Shown: piece by piece, positions 15,549 to 24,838 of the stretch | Numbering within the stretch: the stretch's first letter is position 1 | How the letters are laid out: each line of letters begins with the position of its first letter | Source of the DNA: Candidatus Scalindua sp. | GTDB lineage: Bacteria > Planctomycetota > Brocadiia > Brocadiales > Scalinduaceae | Assembly (NCBI GenBank): GCA_031316235.1 | Contig: JALDRA010000001.1 | Location: 360,001 to 392,000 of the forward strand | Direction: 5' to 3' | Length of the DNA stretch: 32,000 nt | Program-made: the position numbers and the translations under genes | Notes under the pieces: model-generated | Seen by the model: only the letters and a program-made list of their open reading frames with translations | Told to the model about the DNA's origin: nothing | Database searches by the model: none

Positions 15549-15955
15549 AGTACCGGAACCAAAAGTTCCCCTTGCAAGTATACCGCCATCATTATCGAGT
15601 GAGAGCTTGAATTGAGGTCTGGACATGCCTATTCCCACATTATCTTGAAGGTAATAGGTGTTTAACCCGTCAAGCAGCCAGTGTGAATCACCTTCAGGCC
15701 CCCGTGGGCCTCTGGCACCGGCATTACCTGCCGGCCATGCCGCCCCTTGAGGCCCCGGAATACCTTGCAGGCCCTGCAGGGCCTGCAATAACAAGGTCGC
15801 CGATATCTGCAGCGTGCCGTCACGGGAACATGATGCCATCAGTCAGTGCCCGGGATATCTTCACCGGAAACACCTGTCTTTACCGGAGAAAAACATACAC
15901 TTACTAACAAGAGAAATGCTGCTATAACTATAATTCTTCCTGATCTTGATACCAT
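15549..15955 (-). pseudogene. collagen-like repeat protein gene fragment (signal peptide, stop/frameshift, G-X-Y repeats, 3' truncated)
   Basis: The ATG at 15955 gives MVSRSGRIIVIAAFLLLVSVCFSPVKTGVSGEDIPGTD followed by a stop. The shifted frame continues GLQGIPGPQGAAWPAGNAGARGPRGPEG, then W..NTYYLQDNVGIGMSRPQFKLSL, and then runs directly into integrase sequence. Confidence 0.55.
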
Positions 15956-15983
15956 GTTATTACCCTCCCACCTGTTTCCTCAT

Positions 15984-18764
15984 TCACTGAGTCTGATACG
16001 TATAATCCACATATTTCCATGTACCGCTCTTAAACCAGAGGCGGACATACAGATTCTCTCCATTCAGGGGTATTCCCGATACGGTTGCTGATGTATTGAG
16101 ATACTGATTTCGGCTGTAAACATCTCCATATGGTGTCCTATCGAGTGATTCATACGTTGTCCCAACTGCCAGCCAGTACTGACTAATCCAGATATCGGTA
16201 CTCCACTCAAAGGTAACAGCTGCTGCCGTTAATGTTGATCCAGGTATTGGACTCGTCATCTCTGGAGGTTTTATGACAACTTCCGGCCATCTCCCGGATA
16301 ATTCATAGTCACTTATATAAATGACTGGCCCGACAACCTTTATTCGATAGGTACCGATGGTAGTGGTATCGTAATTTAATGTCCCTGTTTTGCAGCTATT
16401 AAATTGGACAGAATCAACCGTTACTCCACCTGGGTCGTAAAGTTCCAGCACATTTGAATAATTACAGGATAACTGTCCTTTAACATCGAGTGTGATTGTT
16501 CCTGCGCTTCCTACATCTATCTTATACCAGTCTTCATTATCACGGCATAAAATTGATTTATAACTCTTACCTGAGATTAAAGACCCGTAGGCCTGAGCTG
16601 CAGTATCATTCGGTTCATATGAGTCATTATTACATCCTATATTTGTATATGTTTCGTACGTATAATCCACATAATTCCATGTCCCGTTATTAAACCACAA
16701 CCTTACATACAGATTCTCTCCATTGAGGGGTATTCCTGATACAGTTGCTGAAGTATTGAGATACTGGTTTCGGCTGTAAATATCTCCGTATGGTGTTCTA
16801 TCGAGTGAAGCCAGGCTTGTCCCGACTGAGAGCCAATGCTGGCTGACAGCGCTTCCGGCAACCCACTCAAATTCCACCGTAGGTGTCGTTAATGTTGTAT
16901 TAAATCTCGGATCCGCATATCTTGATCCAGGTCTCGGACTCCTGATATAAGAATTTTCAGGGTACTCGAACTCGATCGCACCAATATCACATGAAGCAGT
17001 TCCATCACCATTGCCATCTACCGGACGACTCTTGCCAAGTTGATCTTTTTGAGGACATGCAGAGTTGTTCCCGGCATCTATAGCAGGGCTATCGGGTAGT
17101 AACTGAACATGTCCGTGCCCTGGTAAACCATCATCGATGAATTCCCGCAGACGCGGGTCACCGGTACTATCACTCTCAAGGAGGGTGATAGTGCAATTCA
17201 CCGGATCACCAATATCACCAATAATATTATATCCGAGTGAAGTTATGGGGCCCTCACATTCACTCGGATAGTCAACGTCAGCAGAATTATATGCAAGAAT
17301 AGTGTTTTTCAGTTCAACTGTTCCCGCTACTTGAGGACCACCGGATGAATGAGGGGTTTCATTAGAAATGGCAGGTCCATATCCATGATTGTCAGAAATA
17401 GTACTGTTGGTGATACTCACCATACCGAAAAGATTATAAATTCCAACGCCCCAATACGCCCTAGCATTATGAGCGATTGTGCTGTTTTCAACAGTCACTA
17501 TTCCTTCATAGTTATTTATACCACAACCCATATCACCTCTATTAAGCGAAATAGTACTATTCATTATATTCATCAAACCATTAAAATTAGCGATACCACC
17601 TCCAATGATTGCTCTATTATCAGTAATGGTACTGTTGGTGATAGTCACAATACCACTACTTGAAACATCTTCTGAAACCGCACTCGTAAGCACCTCCGGG
17701 CTGGATTCAGCTCTTGTTCTGGCTATTTTTCCCCGATAGGCCTTAAACGTAAAACGAATGTCAAGATCGTGTATGATTTTCCTATCCATACTCATCTCAC
17801 TGTTTTTCCCTTCTGTATCATTGATCCCGGTTCTGTTATTTGTTTCGGTATTGTCAATAAAAGTTCTACTGAGTATCCCTCCACCAGAACCAGCAATACT
17901 ATCAGCCATGTTATTTTTTAAAATGCTGTTTGTGATAGTAATGGTGCCACCATAGTTAAGGATACCGCCACCTCTCCCAGAATCTGCTGCCAAGTTATCA
18001 GAGACAGTGGTGTCAGTGATAGTAACTGAGCCACGATTGTTACATAAACCGCCGCCTGCACCATCACCCTCTTTTATTCCTGCTATGTTGCTAGATATAG
18101 AACCGTTTGTGATTTTGACTGTACCTCCTGAGTTATCTATACCACCACCAGAAGTACGAAAACCATTAGTCACATTATTCTTTACACTGCTGTCTGTGAT
18201 AGTAATGGTACCGATATTAGCGATACCACCGCCATTATGCGCTTCGTTATCTAAGATACTGCTGTTTCTTATGGTAACCGTGCCAATGTTATACATTCCC
18301 CCGCCGTCAAAGGTTTCAGTTTGGTCACGAGAAATCCGGTGAGGAGCAATACCTCCTCTAATAGTTAAACTGTCTATCTGCAAAACACCTGTATCAGCAA
18401 CATGAAAGATACGAAAGAGCGGCGCATCTCTTTCCCGTTGGATGATTGTTGAATCGGTGCCAGTACCTTTAAGGGTGATACTACTCGTTACAGAGGGAAG
18501 GCCGTTAGGTCCATTGGTATCGTTGTCCATTCTGGTCAGGGTATACGTACCGCCTTGCAGGTTAATGGTATCGTCTTCATTGCTGCTGTTCGCAGTATTG
18601 ATTGCATCGATAAGGGCAGCTGCATCACCTGACGGTATGGTAAATTCCGCGGCATGCAGATTATCCAAACGATCCAGGTTAAAGAAACTATATGAAATGA
18701 ATAGAACACTCAACATTAAATTAAATGTCCACGTTCCTCTTTTTTTTATAGCTCTATTGCTCAT
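15984..18764 (-). CDS. large secreted right-handed beta-helix protein (choice-of-anchor Q / Pmp-like repeats) with a PPC domain flanked by a duplicated ~94-aa domain
   Basis: 926 aa with an N-terminal signal/anchor. It starts AALIDAINTANSS..INLQGGTYTL and has many GGGI.N.G..TITNS..S.N repeats. The beta-helix ends DQLGKSRPVDGNGDGTASCDIGAIEFE. A pre-peptidase C-terminal-like block follows (NDSYEPNDTAAQAY..EDWYKIDV). Two copies of ..FEW....Q.WL.VGT...SLDRTPYGD.YSRNQYLNTSATVSGIPLNGENLYVRLWF are present. Confidence 0.8.
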   Translation of the reverse strand: MSNRAIKKRGTWTFNLMLSVLFISYSFFNLDRLDNLHAAEFTIPSGDAAALIDAINTANSSNEDDTINLQGGTYTLTRMDNDTNGPNGLPSVTSSITLKGTGTDSTIIQRERDAPLFRIFHVADTGVLQIDSLTIRGGIAPHRISRDQTETFDGGGMYNIGTVTIRNSSILDNEAHNGGGIANIGTITITDSSVKNNVTNGFRTSGGGIDNSGGTVKITNGSISSNIAGIKEGDGAGGGLCNNRGSVTITDTTVSDNLAADSGRGGGILNYGGTITITNSILKNNMADSIAGSGGGILSRTFIDNTETNNRTGINDTEGKNSEMSMDRKIIHDLDIRFTFKAYRGKIARTRAESSPEVLTSAVSEDVSSSGIVTITNSTITDNRAIIGGGIANFNGLMNIMNSTISLNRGDMGCGINNYEGIVTVENSTIAHNARAYWGVGIYNLFGMVSITNSTISDNHGYGPAISNETPHSSGGPQVAGTVELKNTILAYNSADVDYPSECEGPITSLGYNIIGDIGDPVNCTITLLESDSTGDPRLREFIDDGLPGHGHVQLLPDSPAIDAGNNSACPQKDQLGKSRPVDGNGDGTASCDIGAIEFEYPENSYIRSPRPGSRYADPRFNTTLTTPTVEFEWVAGSAVSQHWLSVGTSLASLDRTPYGDIYSRNQYLNTSATVSGIPLNGENLYVRLWFNNGTWNYVDYTYETYTNIGCNNDSYEPNDTAAQAYGSLISGKSYKSILCRDNEDWYKIDVGSAGTITLDVKGQLSCNYSNVLELYDPGGVTVDSVQFNSCKTGTLNYDTTTIGTYRIKVVGPVIYISDYELSGRWPEVVIKPPEMTSPIPGSTLTAAAVTFEWSTDIWISQYWLAVGTTYESLDRTPYGDVYSRNQYLNTSATVSGIPLNGENLYVRLWFKSGTWKYVDYTYQTQ
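15987..16268 (-). repeat. intragenic domain repeat, C-terminal copy
   Basis: Aligns without gaps to 16647-16928 at an offset of exactly 660 nt. In the core 16001-16140 against 16661-16800 I count 17 mismatches in 140 nt. Confidence 0.85.
16647..16928 (-). repeat. intragenic domain repeat, internal copy
   Basis: Partner of 15987-16268. A 36-aa stretch (SLDRTPYGD.YSRNQYLNTSATVSGIPLNGENLYVRLWF) is identical except for one I/V. Confidence 0.85.
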
Positions 18765-19203
18765 TGGTTTATCCGTTGCTATTTTTTACATAATGCTCCA
18801 TAAAGTAAACAACCTTGCTGTCCTGGATTTACAAATCAACTATCCTCGGCAGTTATGCCATCTTTTCTCAGATCAATCATCAGCAGGTAGTTTTAAGACC
18901 CTTTACTTTGCGTCGCCTGGCCACTCAGGGTTTGCCCATTTCTGGTACTCTTAACCTGATCTGATATTATAGCGGAAGCATAGACAAAGCTGGTGCATTT
19001 GTCAATAGGACAGAGTAGGACACGTCAATTATAACGAACTGAGAATGGGTGTATTATCCCCAATTTCTCACCAATTCTTTTTCTAAAACTCTACAGCAAT
19101 TCATGGAGGGTAGGCATTGCCTACCGTCATTTATAGTAATACGAGAAATTGTAAGTTCAAACTGTTTTCAGTGATCAAACTTTTTAGGTTATCTACCCTC
19201 TTT

Positions 19204-19283
19204 TGTCATGCCCGAATGCCTTTATCGGGCATCCAGAATTGTCGTCACCGCTGGATTCCCGCTTAAAGCATGCGGGAATGACA
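19204..19283. repeat. compound palindromic REP-like element (two 8-bp-stem hairpins inside an outer inverted repeat)
   Basis: The sequence is TGTCAT-GCCCGA atgccttta TCGGGC-ATCCAG ... CTGGAT-TCCCGC ttaaagcat GCGGGA-ATGACA. ATGCCCGA/TCGGGCAT and ATTCCCGC/GCGGGAAT are perfect stems. The outer TGTCAT/ATGACA and TCCAG/CTGGA also pair. A further hairpin GGTAGGC att GCCTACC lies at 19108-19124. Confidence 0.75.
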
Positions 19284-19549
19284 GTTTTAGGGCAATAAAT
19301 TAAAAATGCAAAAATCTAACCGGACACTACTGATTCTGAGTATAATTATTTTACCATTAACAAAATAGAGCGATTACGATTGCAGAGTTATTCTTACCAG
19401 CTACGCTGACTATATAAACGTAACTGAGCGGGTCAAGTGGCTTTGAAAAACTGTAAATGAAATTCAACCACCAAATAAAACTCTGTTCTCATTGCATCGG
19501 TATTAAATGAAAATATACGATTAACATTATTACAAGGAGGATATTTACC

Positions 19550-20623
<1,074 letters not shown>

Positions 20624-20780
20624 TGACAGCCACTATGATTCAGGTAAATAATTAATTCTGGTTAAGGAGTGTATGAGGCAAAATGGCCGATTGTATTTCT
20701 GAACAGTTTGTAGGGTGGGGAATTATAGGTGAAAAAATTTAAGAGTCAGTATTCCCCATTTTTGTCCGTTGCCGCCAGAA

Positions 20781-21947
20781 TTAAATGTCCGATGGCGAGA
20801 GTTTTCTATAGTTATCCATAATTGAAGAAATAATCCTTTCACCAGCCTTTCCATCCCAAAATGGCGGAATAGTGGATTTTTTACCTCTTTTCGAAAGAAT
20901 CAGATCCACCGTTTCAATTATATTCACGGGATTCGTACCCGTCAGATAATTTGATCCTTTAGTAACCGTTACCGGCCTTTCTGTGTTTTCCCGTAACGTT
21001 ACACACGGAATACCCAAAACAGTTGTCTCCTCTTGTATTCCACCTGAATCGGTCAAAACCAATGTTGCACCTTTAACCAAACTCAAGAAGTCCAGGTATC
21101 CCAGAGGTCCTTCCAGAATGATTTTTTCAGATTTCAACCTCTTTAAAAGATCAAATTCTTCCAGATTCTTCCGGGTTCGTGGATGCATGGGAAAAACTAA
21201 TTTTTGCTTATTTGAAATATTTACCAGGCAGTCAACAAGCTGCCTCATGAGTTCCTGATTATCAACATTTGACGGGCGATGTAATGTGACCAGCCCATAC
21301 GGGACATTTAATCCCAAATCTCTTTTAATGTGAGACCCTTCTGCCTTCTCCAGGTGACTTTTCAGGGTATCTATCATTACGTTACCTGCAAAATGAATTT
21401 TCTCCTCATTTACCCCTTCACGTTTCAGGTTTTTAACAGCTTCCTCTTCAGTCACAAATAATAGATCTGATAAAGAGTCTGTCAATATTCGATTTATCTC
21501 TTCAGGCATATTCCGGTCAAATGAACGAAGTCCCGCCTCAACATGTACGATGACAGGACGTATTGTCCTTTGACCGGCAGGATAGTGGATTTTTGATGCT
21601 ACCAGGGTACATGCAATTGTAGAATTTACGTCTCCTACCACTAACAGTACATCAGGCATCTCTTTTAATACTATTGGTTCAAAACGTCTCATTATCTCGG
21701 CTGTTTGCTGGGCATGAGACAATGACCCTACCTCCAAATTGACGTCTGGTTTCGGAATACCCAGTTCATCAAAAAACCAGTGAGACATGCTTTTATCATA
21801 ATGCTGCCCGGTATGGACTATAATGTGTTCTATGTTTTCTCTGGCTGATTGATGTAACGCATCATTGTTATGCTTCTTCACCGCAGATGCAATTGAGGCA
21901 AGTTTCATAAAATTGGGGCGAGCCCCTGCAACAGATAATAGTTTCAT
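20781..21947 (-). CDS. wecB: UDP-N-acetylglucosamine 2-epimerase (non-hydrolysing)
   Basis: 388 aa with family blocks GARPNFMKL, HTGQHYD, VVGDVNST, HVEAGLRSFDR.MPEEINR, LTDSGGIQEE and ERP. Confidence 0.9.
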   Translation of the reverse strand: MKLLSVAGARPNFMKLASIASAVKKHNNDALHQSARENIEHIIVHTGQHYDKSMSHWFFDELGIPKPDVNLEVGSLSHAQQTAEIMRRFEPIVLKEMPDVLLVVGDVNSTIACTLVASKIHYPAGQRTIRPVIVHVEAGLRSFDRNMPEEINRILTDSLSDLLFVTEEEAVKNLKREGVNEEKIHFAGNVMIDTLKSHLEKAEGSHIKRDLGLNVPYGLVTLHRPSNVDNQELMRQLVDCLVNISNKQKLVFPMHPRTRKNLEEFDLLKRLKSEKIILEGPLGYLDFLSLVKGATLVLTDSGGIQEETTVLGIPCVTLRENTERPVTVTKGSNYLTGTNPVNIIETVDLILSKRGKKSTIPPFWDGKAGERIISSIMDNYRKLSPSDI

Positions 21948-21997
21948 ATTTACTCCCCTTGAGATCGTATTAATTTTTCACAGACCAGGTTAACAGA

Positions 21998-22137
21998 TAT
22001 ACTAAAACCGATTTGGTTTTCGGTTTTACCGGAAACCAAATCTTGGTGAAGGTATCCCCGGACAAAAAACGCTGAGGACTTGTACTCGCTCAATTTTATC
22101 TCGGATTTTATCCGAAATCCAGCATGAGATGAGTATA
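21998..22137 (-). repeat. R1 intergenic mosaic repeat, copy 6 (alpha subfamily, long form, 140 bp, reverse orientation)
   Basis: The top strand reads TATACTAAAACCGATTTGGTTTTCGGTTTTACCGGAAACCAAATCTTGGTGAAGGTATCCCCGGACAAAAAACGCTGAGGACTTGTACTCGCTCAATTTTATCTCGGATTTTATCCGAAATCCAGCATGAGATGAGTATA. This is the reverse complement of the copy-4 type. Confidence 0.9.
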
Positions 22138-22160
22138 TCGCACCGGTTAAACGCAGTCAG

Positions 22161-22742
22161 GTGCAATTCTTTCAGAATGGCTACCTTATTTCAACCAGAA
22201 TCTTTAACATCCCACCGTGCGGGAACAAAGTTGGAGACTGGCCAACGGCCTCAAGGACGGATAGCCCGAATCGGAACGGATTCATCCGGGCGGGCGGGAC
22301 ATTACTCTTCCTGCCCCACGCTCTTTTGGATATGGACTCGACAGAGCATAGCGATGTTCACAAAAGCAGACTAAGATATTTTCTTATTGCAGCAAATTAT
22401 CTGCCTAAAACCTCTTCTCATTGTTTTTACTACAGAGCAAAGGCTATAAAATATGATTTTGCAGAACAGCAGATAACTCTGAAAGTAATCGAAGTACCCT
22501 TCCAGAAATCCGACTGTTTATTAAATCGACTTACCCTATATAAATATTCAACACATTTTCATGTTCCCGAACGATATCATTTGGAGAAGATCTCTTCTAG
22601 AAATCAGATGGCAAACCCTCTTATGGTAATTTTTCTCTTAGGTACAATACTTGCTTCTCAGATACCGGGATGCATTCCGCTTATTTACGAAGATATCTAC
22701 ACTGCTTCAACCATCAGGCAAGCTGCCGGCAATAGCGTATGA
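22161..22742 (+). CDS. doubtful ORF in the exosortase leader (hypothetical, possibly non-coding)
   Basis: A 193-codon open frame with no motif I recognise. The 5' part crosses a GC-rich patch. Only the last 44 codons (ATG at 22608, MANPLMVIFLLGTILASQIPGC...) look like a possible small membrane or lipoprotein-like peptide. Confidence 0.2.
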   Translation: MQFFQNGYLISTRIFNIPPCGNKVGDWPTASRTDSPNRNGFIRAGGTLLFLPHALLDMDSTEHSDVHKSRLRYFLIAANYLPKTSSHCFYYRAKAIKYDFAEQQITLKVIEVPFQKSDCLLNRLTLYKYSTHFHVPERYHLEKISSRNQMANPLMVIFLLGTILASQIPGCIPLIYEDIYTASTIRQAAGNSV

Positions 22743-22764
22743 GCCTCATTTAAGGGGATAGAAA

Positions 22765-23673
22765 ATGACGAAAACAGGTAACCAAAAAGTGTATGAGTAT
22801 TTGAAAATCTCCTTAATTATTACCTTAATGATTTGTACCTATTATAAGACATTTGTGTGGATGGAAGACAGATGGGGGAGTGAGAGTTCATATTACTCAC
22901 ACGGTTATCTCATTCCATTTGTAACGGTTTTTCTGATCTGGAGAAAAAGGGACTGTTTCCATGATATGGTATACTGTCCCTCCAATTGGGGTCTACCACT
23001 CTTTATTACCGGTATCCTCTTACAAATTTCAAGCGCTTTCCTACGCGTACACTTTTTGTCAGGATTTTCCTGTATTCTGGTTTTGTCAGGTATCGTCTTT
23101 TATCTTTTCGGTAAAAGCGTAGGGAACAAATTACTTTTCCCCATTCTGTTTCTCATAACGCTCATACCATTACCCCTATCTGTCATAGCAGGATTGAGTC
23201 TGAATATGAAGCTCTTTGCTGCTGCATGCGCGGTCAAGATTATTGATCTTATCGGTATAACTGTTATACAGGATGGAAGCAAGATATTTTTCAGTAACTG
23301 TACCCTGGTAGTAGGCGATGTCTGCAGTGGTCTCAAATCATTGATCGCCTTAATTTCTTTCGGGGCATTGTACGCATATACCTCCAGTGGAACATTTTAC
23401 ATGAAACCGTTTCTTTTTTTCGCTTCCATACCGGCAGCAATAGTGGCTAATATCATCAGGATTTTGATACTCTGCCTGGTAGCCCGGAATTGGGGAAGTG
23501 AAATTGCCTCAGGAATAGTTCATGATATAACCGGTATTCTCATCTTTGCGATAGCATTTATCCCACTCTATTTCCTGGCCGCAGTTCTGCAAAAGTTTGA
23601 ACGGCTGATCCTGTACAAAAATACCGGACACTCCCAGAGAAATAGTTTAACTCTTACTACTCATAACGTTTAG
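22765..23673 (+). CDS. exosortase (EpsH/Xrt family)
   Basis: 302 aa polytopic membrane protein. The N-terminal signature is W..DRWGSESSYYSHGYLIPFV, followed by a C.GL.S-type region (VCSGLKSLIAL) and the conserved arginine region ANIIRI. Confidence 0.85.
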   Translation: MTKTGNQKVYEYLKISLIITLMICTYYKTFVWMEDRWGSESSYYSHGYLIPFVTVFLIWRKRDCFHDMVYCPSNWGLPLFITGILLQISSAFLRVHFLSGFSCILVLSGIVFYLFGKSVGNKLLFPILFLITLIPLPLSVIAGLSLNMKLFAAACAVKIIDLIGITVIQDGSKIFFSNCTLVVGDVCSGLKSLIALISFGALYAYTSSGTFYMKPFLFFASIPAAIVANIIRILILCLVARNWGSEIASGIVHDITGILIFAIAFIPLYFLAAVLQKFERLILYKNTGHSQRNSLTLTTHNV

Positions 23674-23694
23674 CTACTTCTGGATTTTTCTACC

Positions 23695-24324
23695 ATGAAC
23701 AAACGATACGGCACTATAATCGGTCTACTTTTTGTGACTGCAATTAGTACCTTCTTCCTCTCCATGAATGTTCAACCAGGGCAAATTACCTCTTATGCCA
23801 AACAGCTTCCTTTAGATTTTAATGGTTGGCACGGGCAAGAGATTGCAGTAGACAAAAGAACACTGGAGATTCTCGAAACAAGTGATGTATTGATGCGCAA
23901 CTACAAAAGAGAAGAAAACACCCCCGTTCAGCTCTGTATCGTGTACGCGAGTAACAACAGGAAGGTCTCCCACCCCCCGGAAGTCTGCTACATAGGTTCA
24001 GGATGGTCATTAGAGGAGAAGGGTTCTTTGTTACTTTCCACACAGCCTGGAAACAAACCAGCATTTAAAGTTGTGAAACTCGTCATTGAGAGAGGCGGGG
24101 AAAAAAACCTGGTGCTCTATTGGTACAAGTGCAACGATGAATTTACAGCAAACTATTACTGGCAGCAAATTACTATTGTAAGAAAAGGGATACTGAATGG
24201 GAAGAGTACAAGTGGCCTGATAAGAGTTTCAACACAAATCGACGATAACGAAGATGTGTCCAGAGCACGAATTCAGGATTTCCTCATGGATCTTTTACCA
24301 TTAATGACAGAATATCTCCCATAA
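23695..24324 (+). CDS. exosortase-associated EpsI family protein
   Basis: 209 aa with one N-terminal TM segment. LP..F.GW.G.E...D.......L...D.L.R.Y and VSHPPEVCY.GSGW are typical of EpsI. The gene sits immediately downstream of the exosortase. Confidence 0.8.
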   Translation: MNKRYGTIIGLLFVTAISTFFLSMNVQPGQITSYAKQLPLDFNGWHGQEIAVDKRTLEILETSDVLMRNYKREENTPVQLCIVYASNNRKVSHPPEVCYIGSGWSLEEKGSLLLSTQPGNKPAFKVVKLVIERGGEKNLVLYWYKCNDEFTANYYWQQITIVRKGILNGKSTSGLIRVSTQIDDNEDVSRARIQDFLMDLLPLMTEYLP

Positions 24325-24409
24325 AGTGATCGTATCATACAATGTCTTTTTTGGTTGACTATTAAAACGTTTTTTGTAGAATCACAGGAAAATTTGTACA
24401 TGGGTTACC

Positions 24410-24763
24410 ATGTCAATTGCTATGAAAACTGAGAAAAGAACAAATCCAAGGATAGATGTCAATCTCTCCATTACACGCATAGGTGCCGCACTGAATATCT
24501 CTGAATCAGGAATGTGTGTCCTTTCCGACAAACCACTACCGATTGATTATGAAGTTAAGCTAAATTTAGCATTGCCTGATCCGGATAATGAGAGCAGTGA
24601 GACATCAAAAACTATCCAGATCGAAGGTGTAATCGTATGGATTAAATATTCAGAGCAAATAGACAAATATGAGATTGGAATTAAGTTTACGAAAATTGAA
24701 GGAGCAGGCAGAGTTCAGGTAAAAACCTTTATAGAAAATCATACACTAAATAATCCTCAATAA
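24410..24763 (+). CDS. PilZ domain protein (c-di-GMP binding motifs intact)
   Basis: 117 aa with RTNPR (RxxxR) followed by NISESG (D/NxSxxG) at the usual spacing. Confidence 0.8.
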   Translation: MSIAMKTEKRTNPRIDVNLSITRIGAALNISESGMCVLSDKPLPIDYEVKLNLALPDPDNESSETSKTIQIEGVIVWIKYSEQIDKYEIGIKFTKIEGAGRVQVKTFIENHTLNNPQ

Positions 24764-24838
24764 ACGCCGGTTCGATAAACCCTATCTAATCATTTTATAC
24801 CAATTATACCATATATGAAAAATTGAATAGGAGACTCT

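Noticed and set aside
15987-16928. The 660-nt-spaced near-identical repeat at the 3' end of the large surface-protein gene looked like a possible diversity-generating retroelement VR/TR pair.
   Set aside because: The 17 mismatches I counted in the 140-nt core involve all base types in both copies and are not restricted to adenines of one copy. Both copies are in frame inside the same gene. No reverse transcriptase ORF is nearby.
22195-22345. The GC-rich patch in the exosortase leader could have been a c-di-GMP (GEMM) or other known riboswitch.
   Set aside because: I could not align it to the conserved cores I remember for GEMM-I/II, ZTP, guanidine, TPP, SAM, cobalamin, SRP, RNase P or tmRNA. 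Only generic short stems are visible. It is kept as an open question inside the exosortase finding, not as a call.
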